Source of the DNA: Octopus sinensis
Lineage: Eukaryota
Assembly: GCF_006345805.1 (NCBI RefSeq)
Contig: NC_043001.1
Coordinates: forward strand, 22,816,001 to 22,880,000
DNA length: 64,000 nucleotides
Direction: 5' to 3'
In this document: in pieces, positions 1 through 11,813 of the stretch
Layout: every line of letters starts with the position of its first letter
How positions within the stretch are numbered: position 1 is the stretch's first letter
The notes under the pieces: generated by a model
What the model was told of the DNA's origin: nothing
What the model saw: the letters and a program-made list of their open reading frames with translations, nothing else
The model's database searches: none
Position numbers and translations under genes: made by a program

Positions 1-84
1 AGACGGGTAGTCATGATGGGTATACTGGGCTTCGTATATTTGTACCCCAGTGTCACATTGATGGCATGCACTGCTCTCTCACTC
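1..84. mobile_element. End of a (TAA)n-embedded interspersed repeat, same family as 47177-47721
   Basis: agacgggtagtcatg...ctgctctctcactc followed by (AAT)n closely matches 47644-47721. Confidence 0.75.
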
Positions 85-121
<37 letters not shown>

Positions 122-966
122 GTAAGTACTGGGTTGATTCGTTCAACTAAAATTTTTCAAGACGGTATACCCCTTGTGGGTAATAAAAAAAATTGGTATA
201 CCAGTATGGCTGTGGTCTCACGACAGAAAGAAGTAAAAGATAAAAGATACGTGTGTCTATCAAACATACCTTTTGATTTCGAAGCAAACGCTTTTAACCA
301 CGCAGCCATAGCCGTCAGTTCCTACTTAATTTGCTCACCATACCGGTCACGTTAAATTATTCGCACCCCAACACGATTCATTTAGCTTTCAGCAACAGGA
401 TTTCTTTCTACTTACGATCTCTACCAAATTGGAGTCTACAGTTTGCTCACCTGTTGTCTTCGTTGGCAACTGTCGAAATTAAGAACACCTCCATACTTAT
501 CTACTAACGGTGAACTTTTCTGACAGACATGTTGCGGCGCGGTTTTCCTTCTTTTTTTTCTTCCAAGTAGAAATTACAGTTAAAAACGAACTCTCAATTA
601 CATGGTTTATGTGCGACCTAATTCCTTAATTATATCATAAAAATCTTCTCAATGAGGGCTTTCAAACAGCCTTGTCTTATGGAAGATGCATCCAAACTTA
701 TTTGTTATTTTTGCCCCATATTTCCTCACTTTATTCTTTTGGTAGTAACACTACCTCTTCCTGACTGGCATATGTCCGTGTCTTTTTAATTTTTCCTCCA
801 ATTATGTTGAAGTCCAATTATAACTGCACGTGAGGCTCGTACACAAGTTTTTTTACGTTGTCGTTTTTCGTTACTGATAATTTTCCTTTTCTTCTATTGC
901 TGGTTATCTCAAACTGCCATCAGTACTTTGTTATTTTAGTCATTAATAGCGGTGTCTACATTATTA

Positions 967-1033
<67 letters not shown>

Positions 1034-1049
1034 CATTATTATTATTATT

Positions 1050-1350
1050 TTTGTTTTCCTTCTTTCTTCAAATTTTCTTCCGTTTCTCGCCGAGTGTTTT
1101 CCGTACACCTAGGGCAGAGAAGCTCATTGTATGCATTCCCAGATTACACACGCAAATTCACAGGTAAAATATGTATTTAAAAAAATAAATAAATAAATAA
1201 ATTCATGAATGGATGTTGTTTTCACAGCGATAATGCTCTTCTCAGTACATGAGCCGTTCCAGTTAACACGATTTTTTGCACTTCCTGTAGGGATGGTAAG
1301 CCTGGTATCATTTTCAAATAGGTTTCAGTACCTTTTTTATCATTCCTAGA
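1050..1350 (-). mobile_element. 3' fragment of a Dong/R4-clade LINE (ORF end plus 3'UTR) between (TAA)n tracts
   Basis: Minus strand reads QKIVLTGTAHVLRRALSL*, typical of the C-terminus of R4/Dong REL-endonuclease ORFs. (TTA)n on both sides (960-1049, 1352-1423). Confidence 0.65.
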
Positions 1351-1367
1351 GATTATTATTATTATTA

Positions 1368-1425
<58 letters not shown>

Positions 1426-1431
1426 TGCTAA

Positions 1432-1628
1432 GGCGGCGAGCTGGCAGAATCGTTAACACGCCGGGCAAATGTTTAGCGGCATTTCGCCTGTCTTTTCGTT
1501 CTGAGTTCAAGTTCCGCCGAGGTCGACTTTGCTTTCATCCTTTTGGGGCCAAAAAATTAAGTACCAGTGAAACACTGAGACCGATTTAATCGACTAGTCC
1601 CCTCACCCTATTTTCAGACCTTGTGTCT
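1432..1628 (+). mobile_element. SINE family A (tRNA-derived head, Meta/MESC-like core)
   Basis: ggcggcgagctggcagaatcgtt...gagttcaagttcc (B-box-like)...gtcgactttgctttcatcc...aagtaccag; recurs throughout the window. Confidence 0.85.
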
Positions 1629-1804
1629 TTACATTATTTATGACGACCGGTGTTGGTGCGTTTATGTCTCTGTAACTTAGCTGTTCGGCAAAATAGATCC
1701 ATAAAATAAGTACCAGGCTTAACAAAAAAGTACTCATTGACTAAAATTTCTTCAAGGCACGGCCACATTTACTGAAACAAGTAAAAGAATAACAGATAAA
1801 AGAT

Positions 1805-2290
1805 AATTTCAGTTTCTCGTTTCAGGTCTCCATCTGTCAGCAACTCGAAAGGTACTTTATTTCCAATATCCTCGGTTTGTTGATTGAATTGGCCATGTAA
1901 TTCCTTATCTTTCCAACCATTTGTCCTGTCGTTCTTCCTTTAGTTCTTGAATTCTCCTACTGTTTCAATGACTTAAAAAAAATTTTCTTTGGCAGCAGAC
2001 AATATTCATTTTTCACTGCGCACAATATAGTTTTTCAAACCAAATATCGCTTTACTGTCTTCAGCGTTAACCAAAACAATATCCTTTCTTTCTTGGTAAG
2101 TAGAGTCTGCCAATATCAGTTCCAGGATATGCACAGTATGGATTGTGAATAGCTTCATCGATATTCTGTCTAATTTCTGAGCTCTTCTTTGTCCATTTAA
2201 AAAAACGAACAGAGTCTTTCAATGACCTATGTATTGATTATCTTGATAAAATTCCCTCCATTTAGTTTTCTTTTGAGCATATTCCTATTC
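1805..2290 (-). pseudogene. Decayed Dong/R4-clade LINE ORF fragment
   Basis: Minus strand gives WKDKELHGQF...LLTDGDLKRETE, matching the R4/Dong post-RT motifs K.LHG.F and G.LK.ETE. Confidence 0.55.
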
Positions 2291-2304
2291 ATTATTATTA
2301 TTAA

Positions 2305-2702
2305 GGCGGCGAGCTGGCAGAAACGTTAGCACGCCGGGCGAAATGCTTAGCGGTATTTCGTCTGCCGCTATGTTCTGAGTTCAAATTCCGCCGAGGTCGA
2401 CTTTGCCTTTCATCCTTTCGGGGTCGATAAATTAAGTACCAGGTACGCACTGGGGTCGATATAATCGACTTAATCCGTTTGTCTGTCCTTGTTTGTCCTC
2501 TCTATGTTTAGCCCCTTGTGGGTAATAGAGAAACAGGTATTTCGTCTGCCGTTACGTTCTGAGTTCAAATTCCGCCGAGGTCGATTTTGCCTTTCATCCT
2601 TTCGGGGTCGATAAAATTAGTACCAGTTACGCACTGGGGTCGATGTAATCGACTTAATCCCTTCCCCCAAATTTGAGGTCTTATGAATCCAGTAGAAAGG
2701 AT
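2305..2702 (+). mobile_element. SINE family A, dimeric (short-tail unit followed by a second core with long tail)
   Basis: Head and core, then ...gtttagccccttgtgggtaatagagaaaca|ggtatttcgtctg and a second core ending in (ATT)n. Confidence 0.85.
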
Positions 2703-3240
2703 TATTATTACTATCACTATTACTATTATTATTAATTATTGTTATTATTACAAAGCGAGCTGGCAGAATCGTTAGCTACGTTCTGAGTTCAAATTTCGCC
2801 GAGTTCGACCTTACCTTTCATCCTTTCGGAATCAATAAATTAAGTACCAGTTGCGTACAGGATTCGATCTAATCGACTGCCCCTTCCCCCAAAAATTTCG
2901 GGCCTTGTGCCTATAGTAGAAAGGATTATTGTTGTTCTTTTGATTATTTGCATTTTTTAATATTATGGTTGCTGTAAGTATTATTACTGTTAATGTTAAT
3001 ACTAGAATTATTGCTGTTCTTTTGGCAAATTTTCACAGAAAACACACTGGTATTTTCTTCCCCCGTTCTCGTAGAATGGAGTTGGCTATCAATCATTTGT
3101 GAGTTATCTTTCATTGTCATCGCAGTGACCATCTTTAATGAATTTTTTTCGCGAGAATTTGAGTCTGAGTGCTTTGAAGAATAACTTGGATTGTTCAAAC
3201 TCATGTGCATGAAATTTTGTAGGAAGAAATATGCGAAGTA

Positions 3241-3320
<80 letters not shown>

Positions 3321-3441
3321 ATCTATCTATCTATCTATCTATCTATGTGCATGCATGTATATACTATACACACATATATACTACATGAGTATATAATATA
3401 TGTAATATACACATATATGTAAAATATGTAATATATATATA

Positions 3442-3480
<39 letters not shown>

Positions 3481-3494
3481 CAGTACACGTAATA

Positions 3495-4764
3495 TCAGGT
3501 CATCCCATAAGTTCTGTCCGATTTTACCTTTTTAAAATTGAATGAAATTTAGAATGTCTCATGGAATTAAATATTATTTTTATGCATTTGTGTACATTTA
3601 AACTAATTAAATATTATTTTACAGAATAATAGAATTTCTTTGATGAAAACGCTTTCTAACATGGAAGTATCCAAAGAACATTTGAGGCACATAATGCTTT
3701 ATGAGTACAAAAAAGGAAACTCTGAAGCCGAGGCGACTCGAAACATACACTCAGTTTATGGGAAACAATGCTTGAATGAAAGAACTTGCAGAAGGTGGTT
3801 TGCAAAATTCAGAAGTGGAGATTTCAGCCTTGAAGATGAAAATCGAACAGAACGTCCAGTTGAGTTTGATGATAAGCTCCTTGAGGCATTACTTCAAGAT
3901 AATCATGCATTATCAGTTGAAGAATTGAATATAATGCTTAGTTCAAATCATACAACTGTTCATTGTCATCTTCAACAACTTGGAAAGGTTCCTAAACTTG
4001 GATAATGAGTGCCTCATGAACTGTCCGAAAGCAACTGCAAATCCCGAATTGACATCTGCTCTTCTCTCCATTCTCGCCAACTCATTTCACCCTTTTTGGA
4101 TAGACTTGTGACTAGTGACAAAAAATGGATCTTCTATAGAAATGTTAAACGTCGTAAACAGTGGCTTGGTAAAAGGAAAAAAGCTCAACCACAACCGAGA
4201 AGGGAACTTCATGGGAAAAAGGTTCTTCTCTCTATCTGGTGGGATTGCAAAGGAGTAAATCACTTTGAATTGTTACCACCTAATGCAACAATCAATGCTC
4301 AAGTCTACTGTCAGCTAACAGAGCCTTTTGAACCAAGCTTTGAAGAAAAAAGATCCGTTTTAGTGAATCGAAAAGGAGTAATGTTTCATCAGGACAATGC
4401 TCGACCCCACACTGCAAAGATCACATCACAGAAGATCGAAGAGCTTGGTTGGGAAAAAATTCCTCATCTACCTTATTCTCCCGATCTTGCTCCTCTAGAC
4501 TACCATTTGTTTTGTAGTTTACAAAATTATTTGGAGGACATAATTTTCGCAAGCCAGGAGGAGCTCGAAACTGACATTTCAGAGTTCTTCGCTTTGAAAG
4601 CAAAAGAGTTTTACATTGATGGGATTAAAAAGCTTGTAAATAAATCGAAGGAAGTCATAGATAATCAGGGAAAGTACATTGATGATTAAATTTCAATTAA
4701 ATATAACATTTGATCACTTGTTTTCTTTATTCAAAATTCGAACAGAACTTATGGGATGACCTGA
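3495..4764 (+). mobile_element. Full-length mariner (DD34D) transposon, 1270 bp
   Basis: TIR tcaggtcatcccataagttctg at 3495 and its reverse complement ending at 4764; TA on both sides; transposase inside. Confidence 0.95.
3661..4689 (+). pseudogene. Mariner transposase, inactivated
   Basis: HTH region MEVSKEHLRH..CRRWFAKFRSGDFSLED; linker KLG-*-*-VPHEL with TAA TGA at 4003-4008; catalytic motifs TSDKKW, HQDNARPH and YSPDLAPLDYHLF; compensated frameshift near 4320-4350. Confidence 0.92.
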
Positions 4765-4780
4765 TATGCATAACACACAC

Positions 4781-4875
<95 letters not shown>

Positions 4876-4894
4876 CATACACACGCACACACAC

Positions 4895-4934
<40 letters not shown>

Positions 4935-5017
4935 GTATATATATGTATAGTATTTAATAAAATATATCAAATATGATATATATATATTTGGATGGATATA
5001 TATATATATATAGTATA

Positions 5018-5405
5018 GGGGCAGGCGTGGCTGTGTGGTAAGAAGCTTGCTTACCAACCACATGGTTCCGGGTTAAGTCCCAATGCGTGGCACCTTGGGC
5101 AAGTGTCTTCTGCTATAGCCACGGGGCGACCAAAGCTCTATGATTGGATTTTGGTAGACGGAAACGGAAAGAAGCCCGTCGTATATATGGATATATATGT
5201 ATATGTTTGTGTGTATGTGTTTGTCTTCCCACCATCACTTGACAACCAATGTTGGTGTGTTTACGTCACGTAACTTAGCGGTTCGGGAAATTAGAGACCG
5301 ATAGAATAAGTACAAGGCTTACAAAGATTAAGTCCTGGTATCGATTTCTTCGACTAAAGGCTCCAGCATGGCAGCAGTTAAATGACTGAAACAAGTAAAA
5401 GAAAG
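5018..5405 (+). mobile_element. SINE family B (tRNA head, CORE-like ccttgggcaagt, internal TA/TG tract; resembles Octopus OK-type SINE)
   Basis: ggcgtggctgtgtggtaag...ggttaagtccc...ccttgggcaagtgtcttc...gactgaaacaagtaaaaga; many copies in the window. Family name is from recollection. Confidence 0.85.
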
Positions 5406-6185
5406 TAATAGAATACATATAATACTATACATAATGCACACGTCACGCACGCGCTCACACACGCATAAAAGTTGTCTAAAAATCCATGAGTTAGGCAAAA
5501 AGTCACTCGTATATGAGGTAATAGAGTGAATATATTATAATAGTTATTATAATATAATATTATAGTCTTCCAAATGATTTCATGCCAAGGATGGAGCTTC
5601 AAATCTAGCAATCGTCAGAAATGGCTGAATAGTATAATATGATCTAGGATCTTTTTCTGTGGAGGCCTGATTGTGCCAGATTTAGTTTATTGTTTTTAGG
5701 ACTACTGCAAAAAAAAAAAGAAAAAACAAAAAACCGAACTAAATTCCTGGAAAGAAATCAACCAGATCAAATCCATGGAATAGAATATTTAGTTGATCGG
5801 AGTTATGTTCCTTGGAATCGGACAAAAAAAAGTCTAGTATATAAGATATTGTTTTGTCGGGATGGGTTAAGAGCCGGGTGGGATAGAGATGAATAGGGAG
5901 GTGTGGGACAGTGTGTGTGGAAAATTTTTGAAACTATGTGTCGTCACATAATTGCATGAGTGTATAGGCTTGTGTATATCAAAGTTGGGTGTGTATGTGG
6001 GAGCAGAAAACTTATATTAATTCCTCTCATTGCAGTGAAGTAAAAACACCAATGGAAGGGGAGCTAACGTTTTGTATTTATGGTGCAGCCCACCAGTTTG
6101 CTAAAGTATACTTGCATTCATTTTCAATGTTTTGGTAGGCGTCTGACTGAAGAGACTTTTCATCATGATTCTTTTCTCAGCTAAT

Positions 6186-6343
6186 CGTAGGAGTGGCTGT
6201 GTGGTAAGTAGCTTGCTTACCAACCACATGGTTCCGGGTTCAGTCCCACTGCGTGGCACCTTGGGCAAGTGTCTTCTACTATAGCCTCGGGCCGACCAAA
6301 GCATTGTGAGTGGATTTGGTAGACGGAAACTGAAAGAAGCCCG

Positions 6344-6387
<44 letters not shown>

Positions 6388-6615
6388 GATATGTTTCTGT
6401 GTTTGTGCTTGTACGCCCAACATTGCTTGACAACCGATGCTGCTGTGTTTACGTCCCCGTAACTTAGCGGTTCGGCTAAAGAGACCGATAGAATAAGTAC
6501 TAGGCTTACAAAGAATAAGTCCTGGGGTCGATTTGCTCGACTAAAGGTGGTGCTCCAGCATGGCCGCAGTCAAATGACTGAAACAAGTAAAAGAATAAAA
6601 GAAAGAAAGAAAGAA
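6186..6615 (+). mobile_element. SINE family B
   Basis: Full head, core, microsatellite and tail ending in (AAAG)n. Confidence 0.88.
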
Positions 6616-6931
6616 TAATCAGAATCAACATCTCCTATTGCTGTTAAAGTAAGGTTTACACCTTTCCAGGATACTCCACTTGATGTCGTAATGCGCTGCA
6701 CTTGCCTTCAATGTTCATATATATCACGCTAGTATTGCGAAATTATGCTTCTCTTGGATACTAAACGAGGACTTGTGGTTATGGAACTTGGCCCTGAAGG
6801 GATCTTATGTCGGCTCTCTGCCCGTACGTTCCGCACGCGTTAATCCACTGGGATCCTTCGACACCACCCCCGCCTCAAAACGGTTTCTGTGTTGTCATTT
6901 AGTAGGGGTGGTGAGTGGAGTGGTGTTACAC

Positions 6932-6977
<46 letters not shown>

Positions 6978-6984
6978 CACACAC

Positions 6985-7178
6985 TACCAGTTTCAAAATT
7001 GGCACAGTCACCTATTTCGTGGGAGGGGATAGATCGATTGCATCAACCCCCAGTACTAAACTGATACTTATTTTGCCGACTCCGAACGCAATGAAGGTAA
7101 AGTCGATCTCGGCGGAATTTGAACTCACAACCTAGAGACGGACGAAATGGCGTTAAACATTTTGCCCGACGTGCTAAT
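6985..7178 (-). mobile_element. SINE family A, decayed
   Basis: Reverse complement of the core (aaagtcgatctcggcggaatttgaactc). Confidence 0.75.
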
Positions 7179-7498
7179 ATGGTCTAGGATCTTTTTCTGT
7201 GGAGGCCTGATTGTGCCAGATTTAGTTTATTGCTTTTAGGACTACTGCAAATCGATACCAAGACGTATTCTTTGTAAGCCTTGTACTTATTCTATCGATC
7301 ACTAATTTCCCGAACCGCTAAGTTACGAGACGTAAACACACCAACATTGGTTGTCAAGTGATGGTGGGAAGACAAACACATACACACAAACATATACATA
7401 TATATCCATATATACGACGGGCTTCTTTCCGTTTCCGTCTACCAAATCCACTCATAGAGCTTTGGTCGCCCCGTGGCTATAGCAGAAGACACTTGCCC
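7178..7498. repeat. Composite local duplication: direct copy of 5638-5711 joined to an inverted copy of ~5096-5345
   Basis: Near-identical unique sequence plus private SINE variants shared with the 5018-5405 copy. Confidence 0.8.
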
Positions 7499-8699
7499 AT
7501 TATGTGGCACCATGGGCAAGTGTGTTTTATTATATCCTCGGGTTGACCAATGCCTTGTGAGCAAATACTATATAGCATACGTGCCATATATTATATAAAT
7601 TATATATATCTCATGTAGCGAGCTGGCATAATCGTTAGCACGTCGGGCAAAAACCACGTAGTTACGAAGTGAACTTCTTAACCGCATAGAGATGCTTCCC
7701 TCCATACGCACGCACGCACGCATACACACGCATACATACGCACACACATGTATATCTACGCATTGACACACGTACGAGTCTCTGTAGGTATTTCGTTAAC
7801 GTTTATTTAATCCTTCCTAGATTACAACCTGCTCATTAACAAAGTGACAAGGTTTCTCTGTTTGAGTTAAACCAGTACCACAAGCGTTTGAATACGAGAG
7901 AGCGAAAGGGAGAGAGTTAATGTGTGCGTATATGTAAATGGAAGTGCTTTTCCCTAACCATATGTATATGTATGATTGTATGTATTATTAACTGGATGGG
8001 TAAAGAAATTAGAATCAGCGATATTTATATTACAAGTAAATGTTTCTCGTCTTGATTTTATCTTTACATTTCATCAGTTATCATTTCCCGTTATCCTTGC
8101 CAGAAAGAAACGCTCCCTAATTATAGAATACTTTAATTGTTATGTGCTTCTTCTGTTCTCAACTCGGTTTGCTCTACAGTAGCGCAGCGCAGCGCACATA
8201 CATATAAACTAACTTGTATCTTTTGCCAAGCACTTTAGTCAGATACGCCCAACGCGTCCAGCAACAAAACTAAAGCGTTAACTTCATAATACATCACAGT
8301 CTCGAACATGAAACTGACAATGTTATAAAACTTGCTTTTGGCTCGTTACCAAGCATCTGTGTTCTATTATATTAAAAATCTATGTAGCTGGGTTTTCTAA
8401 GTATTATTATAATCTTTCTTAGCTTTTATGTATGCACAAAATCCATTTCACTTGAAATTCTTAATGCAATGCTCTTCAGACATCAGAAAAAAATATAGAT
8501 TTATTAATTGAAGAAAGTACTTATGTAAATAAATGCAAACCCTGGTACGGTACGGTAACATTTCTATTCAATACTGGCTAATTGTAGAAATTAAGAGGTA
8601 AGTAAATACTGAGAAGCAAATTTGTCATGCTGTAATATTTGTTTACCCTATAGGTTGGTGGAGACGGCTGGGACGTTAAAAATTCGGGTTGGATGATTT

Positions 8700-9270
8700 A
8701 TATATGAATTTAAGCATCTTGGAGCCGTATTCACGAGTGATGGGAGGCAGGAGGTAGAATTGGATGCTAGAAGTGCAGGTAACGCACAGTAACGCACCAG
8801 CTCCAACATTCCATCCCTAGAAGAAGAGAGGTTGGTAAAAAAGCCAAACTCGTTATCTTTAATTCGATTTTCGTGCCTATATTCACCTATGATCAGGAAT
8901 GCTGTGTAATGACTGACAGAGATCGCAAATACGAGCGGCCAAAATTGGGTTCCTCCGGAGAATTTCTGGAGTAACTTTATTCGACAGGACGCATAGTTCG
9001 GAGATCAAGGTCGCTACTTTTCCGCATTGAGAAGTCACTCAAACATGTGATTAGAATGTTGTAGAAAAGAATCGCAAGACGGATTCTTGAAGTTGAGCCG
9101 AGCCAAGCGGCAGGAATCCGAAGGGTAGATCAAGAACAAGATGGTTGGATAATATCCGTAGTTTTAGTTGGTTATGCTTTGGAATTCAGCCGGAAAGTAT
9201 AATGACAATTGCTTCTGTTAGGAGGTACCTGAGGACTCTACCATCTCGACCCTATCAAGAATAGATGGAC
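8700..9270 (+). pseudogene. Decayed RTE-clade LINE 3' fragment
   Basis: Translates to FKHLGAVFTSDGRQEVELDAR..KAKLVIFNSIFVPIFTY..GFLRRISGVTLFDR..RWLDNI, an RTE/Expander-like post-RT region. Confidence 0.7.
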
Positions 9271-9542
9271 GAATGACATACTATATGTTTATTATTCCCT
9301 CTATTATCAGTTGAATATTTATCAGAAATCAACATTATATCAATTATGTAAGTTCTAATATAATACACAACTATTGGTTCTTTGAAGTCGTTTTATTTGA
9401 GCCAAGTTTCAAGAAATTGATTGTTATTTAATTTTTGTTTTAAAAGCAGAAAAAAATCCCGTGTATGAAAAATTTATTTAAGATGTACAATAAATGCTTA
9501 TAACTAAAAATAAATAAAACCGCGATGCAATTTCAATATTTA

Positions 9543-10108
9543 TTTCAAATTTTGACACCAGGTCAGCAATTCCGGAGAAAGAGATGAGTCGATTACATCG
9601 ACCTCAGTAATCAACTGGTACTTATTTTATCGACTCCATAAAGGATGAAAGGCAAAGTCAACCTCGGTGATGTTTGAACTTAAAACGCAAAGTCGGACGA
9701 AATGCCACTAGGCATTTTACCCGGCATGCTAACAATTCTGCCAGCTCAGCGTCTTATGCAATGTCAATATTAGAAAAAATTAAGAATAGGGCGGTGAGCT
9801 GGCAGAATCGTTAGCATGTCGGGTAAAATGCTTAGCGACATTTCGTCCGACTTTACGTTCTGAGTTCAAATTTCACTGTGGTCGGCTTTGCCTTTCATCC
9901 TTTCGGGGGCTGATAAAAATAGTACCAGTTGAGGCACTACTTCAATACAGAGGTCCCGTAGGGATAGTTTTAGGGTTAGTTAGGGTTAGGGTTAGGATTA
10001 GTTTTTAGGGACCTCTGTATTTAAGTAGTACCCCAGTTGAACACGGGTTGATGCAATCGACTCATCCCTACCCCCAAATTGCGGGCCTTGTGCCAAAATT
10101 TAAAATCA
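9543..10108. mobile_element. Divergent pair of SINE A copies (9543-9755 minus, 9790-10108 plus); the plus copy is interrupted by a MITE
   Basis: SINE A core present on both strands. Confidence 0.8.
9933..10032. mobile_element. 100-bp foldback MITE, GG..CC termini, 8-bp TSD, central TTAGGG-like repeats (Merlin-like)
   Basis: 25-bp TIRs ggcactacttcaatacagaggtccc / gggacctctgtatttaagtagtacc (2 mismatches); TSD ccagttga at 9925-9932 and 10033-10040. Confidence 0.85.
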
Positions 10109-10600
10109 ATATTAAAATAAAGTATTTTGAACATAAAGTAAATTGTTTTACGAAACAAATGGCATGTTTTTAAGTTACTGTAAAAAATTGCTCGTAAATG
10201 GTACAGAAATGTGGAATATATAGACAAAATATAATATCACAACATATTCAGAATACACCGTAGAAAAGACAGCAAAAAGTGACCTCAAGTGAATTTCTGA
10301 TAAGGTAACTGGTTAAAAACCTTGTATCAAGGCTCAATCAAATAATAAAAAAAAAAAGTTAGTGTTAATATTTTAAAAGCAAGGAGCATTAAATTTGTTA
10401 ATATGAAATAATTTCACGGCGAGGGAAAAACAAAAGGACATTAACTAACATTATTGCGAGTTTATCGGCTAGTACGGGAGGCATCTCGAGACATATTTAC
10501 ATCTTATTTGATTTCATCAGCGAAGCATAGACTTAAAGTGTACATAACGAAGTTTTGTGTCCGTCGAAGTAATGAAGTTAACATAATAATATACGTGTAA

Positions 10601-11140
10601 AGCGGCGAGCTGGCAGAAACGTTAGTAGGCCGGGCGAAATGCTTAGTAGTATTTCATCTGTTTTAATGTTCTGAGTTCAAATTCCGCCGAGGTCGACTTT
10701 GCCTTTCATCCTTTCGGGGTCGATTAAATAAGTACCAGTTACGCACTGGGATCGATATAATCGACTTAATACATTTGTTTGTCCTTGTTTGTCCTCTCTG
10801 TGTTTAATCCCTTGTGGTTAGTAAAGAAATAGGTATTTCGTCTGTCGTTACGTTCTGAGTTCAAATTCCGCCGAGGTCGACTTTGCCTTTCATCCTTTCG
10901 GGGTCGATAAATTAAGTATCAGTTACGCACTGGAGTCGATGTAATCGACTTAATCCATTTGTTTGTCCTTGTTTGTCCCCTCTATGTTTAGCCCCTTGTG
11001 GGTAGTAAAGAAATAAGAAACGTTAGCAGGCCGGGCGAAATGCTTAGTAGTATTTCATCTGTTTTAATGTTCTGAGTTCAAATTCCGCCGATTTCGACAT
11101 TTCCTTTAATCCTGTCGGTCCTTGTTCCTAGAGTAGAAAA
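10601..11140 (+). mobile_element. SINE family A, nested trimeric array
   Basis: Junctions aaagaaata|ggtatttc (~10832) and aaagaaata|agaaacgttagc (~11016). Confidence 0.85.
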
Positions 11141-11158
11141 TATTCTGTAATTTTTATA

Positions 11159-11363
11159 GGCGTAGGAGTGGCTGTGTGGTAAGTAGCTTGCTTACCAGCC
11201 ACACGGTTCCGGGTTCAGTCCCACTGCGTGGCACCTTGCGCAAGTGTCTTCTACTATAGCCTCGGGCCGACCAAAGCCTTGTGAGTGGATTTGGAAGACG
11301 GAAACTGAAAGACGCCCGGCGTATATATATATATATACATACATATATATATATAATATATAT

Positions 11364-11438
<75 letters not shown>

Positions 11439-11663
11439 TGTGAGTGTATATATTTGTGTGTCCGTGTTTGTCTCACCAACATCACTTGATAACCGATGCT
11501 TGTGTGTTTACGTCCCCGTAACTTAGCGGTTCGGCAAAAGAGACCGATAGAATAAGTACTAGGCTTACAAAGAATAAGTCCTGGGGTTGATTTGCTCGAC
11601 TAAAGGCGGTGCTCCAGCATGGCCGCAATCACATGACTGAAACAAGTAAAAGAGTAAAAGAGT
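11159..11663 (+). mobile_element. SINE family B, full length
   Basis: Head ggcgtaggagtggctgtgtgg through to tail gtaaaagagtaaaagag. Confidence 0.9.
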
Positions 11664-11773
11664 GCGTATGAATGACGTCTACGAGTAATATATTCTCTGA
11701 GAACTTATTTTTATCTATCAATAAGAGTACATTCCTTTCATTACAACCTCAGTAAGTACAGCGAAATGTATGC

Positions 11774-11813
11774 TTCATTGAAAAGGGCTAATACAGCCGA
11801 AACATGCTCGGAA
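11774..11813 (+). ncRNA. Decayed minimal type I hammerhead-like motif
   Basis: ttca TTGAAAA g ggct-aatac-agcc GAAA catgc TC ggaa; two substitutions from CUGAAGA. Confidence 0.4.

Noticed and set aside
10486-10524. Possible minus-strand hammerhead (tcg CTGATGA aatc..gat..tatgtc tcga)
   Set aside because: The GAAA core is absent (gtaaa); too degenerate to call.
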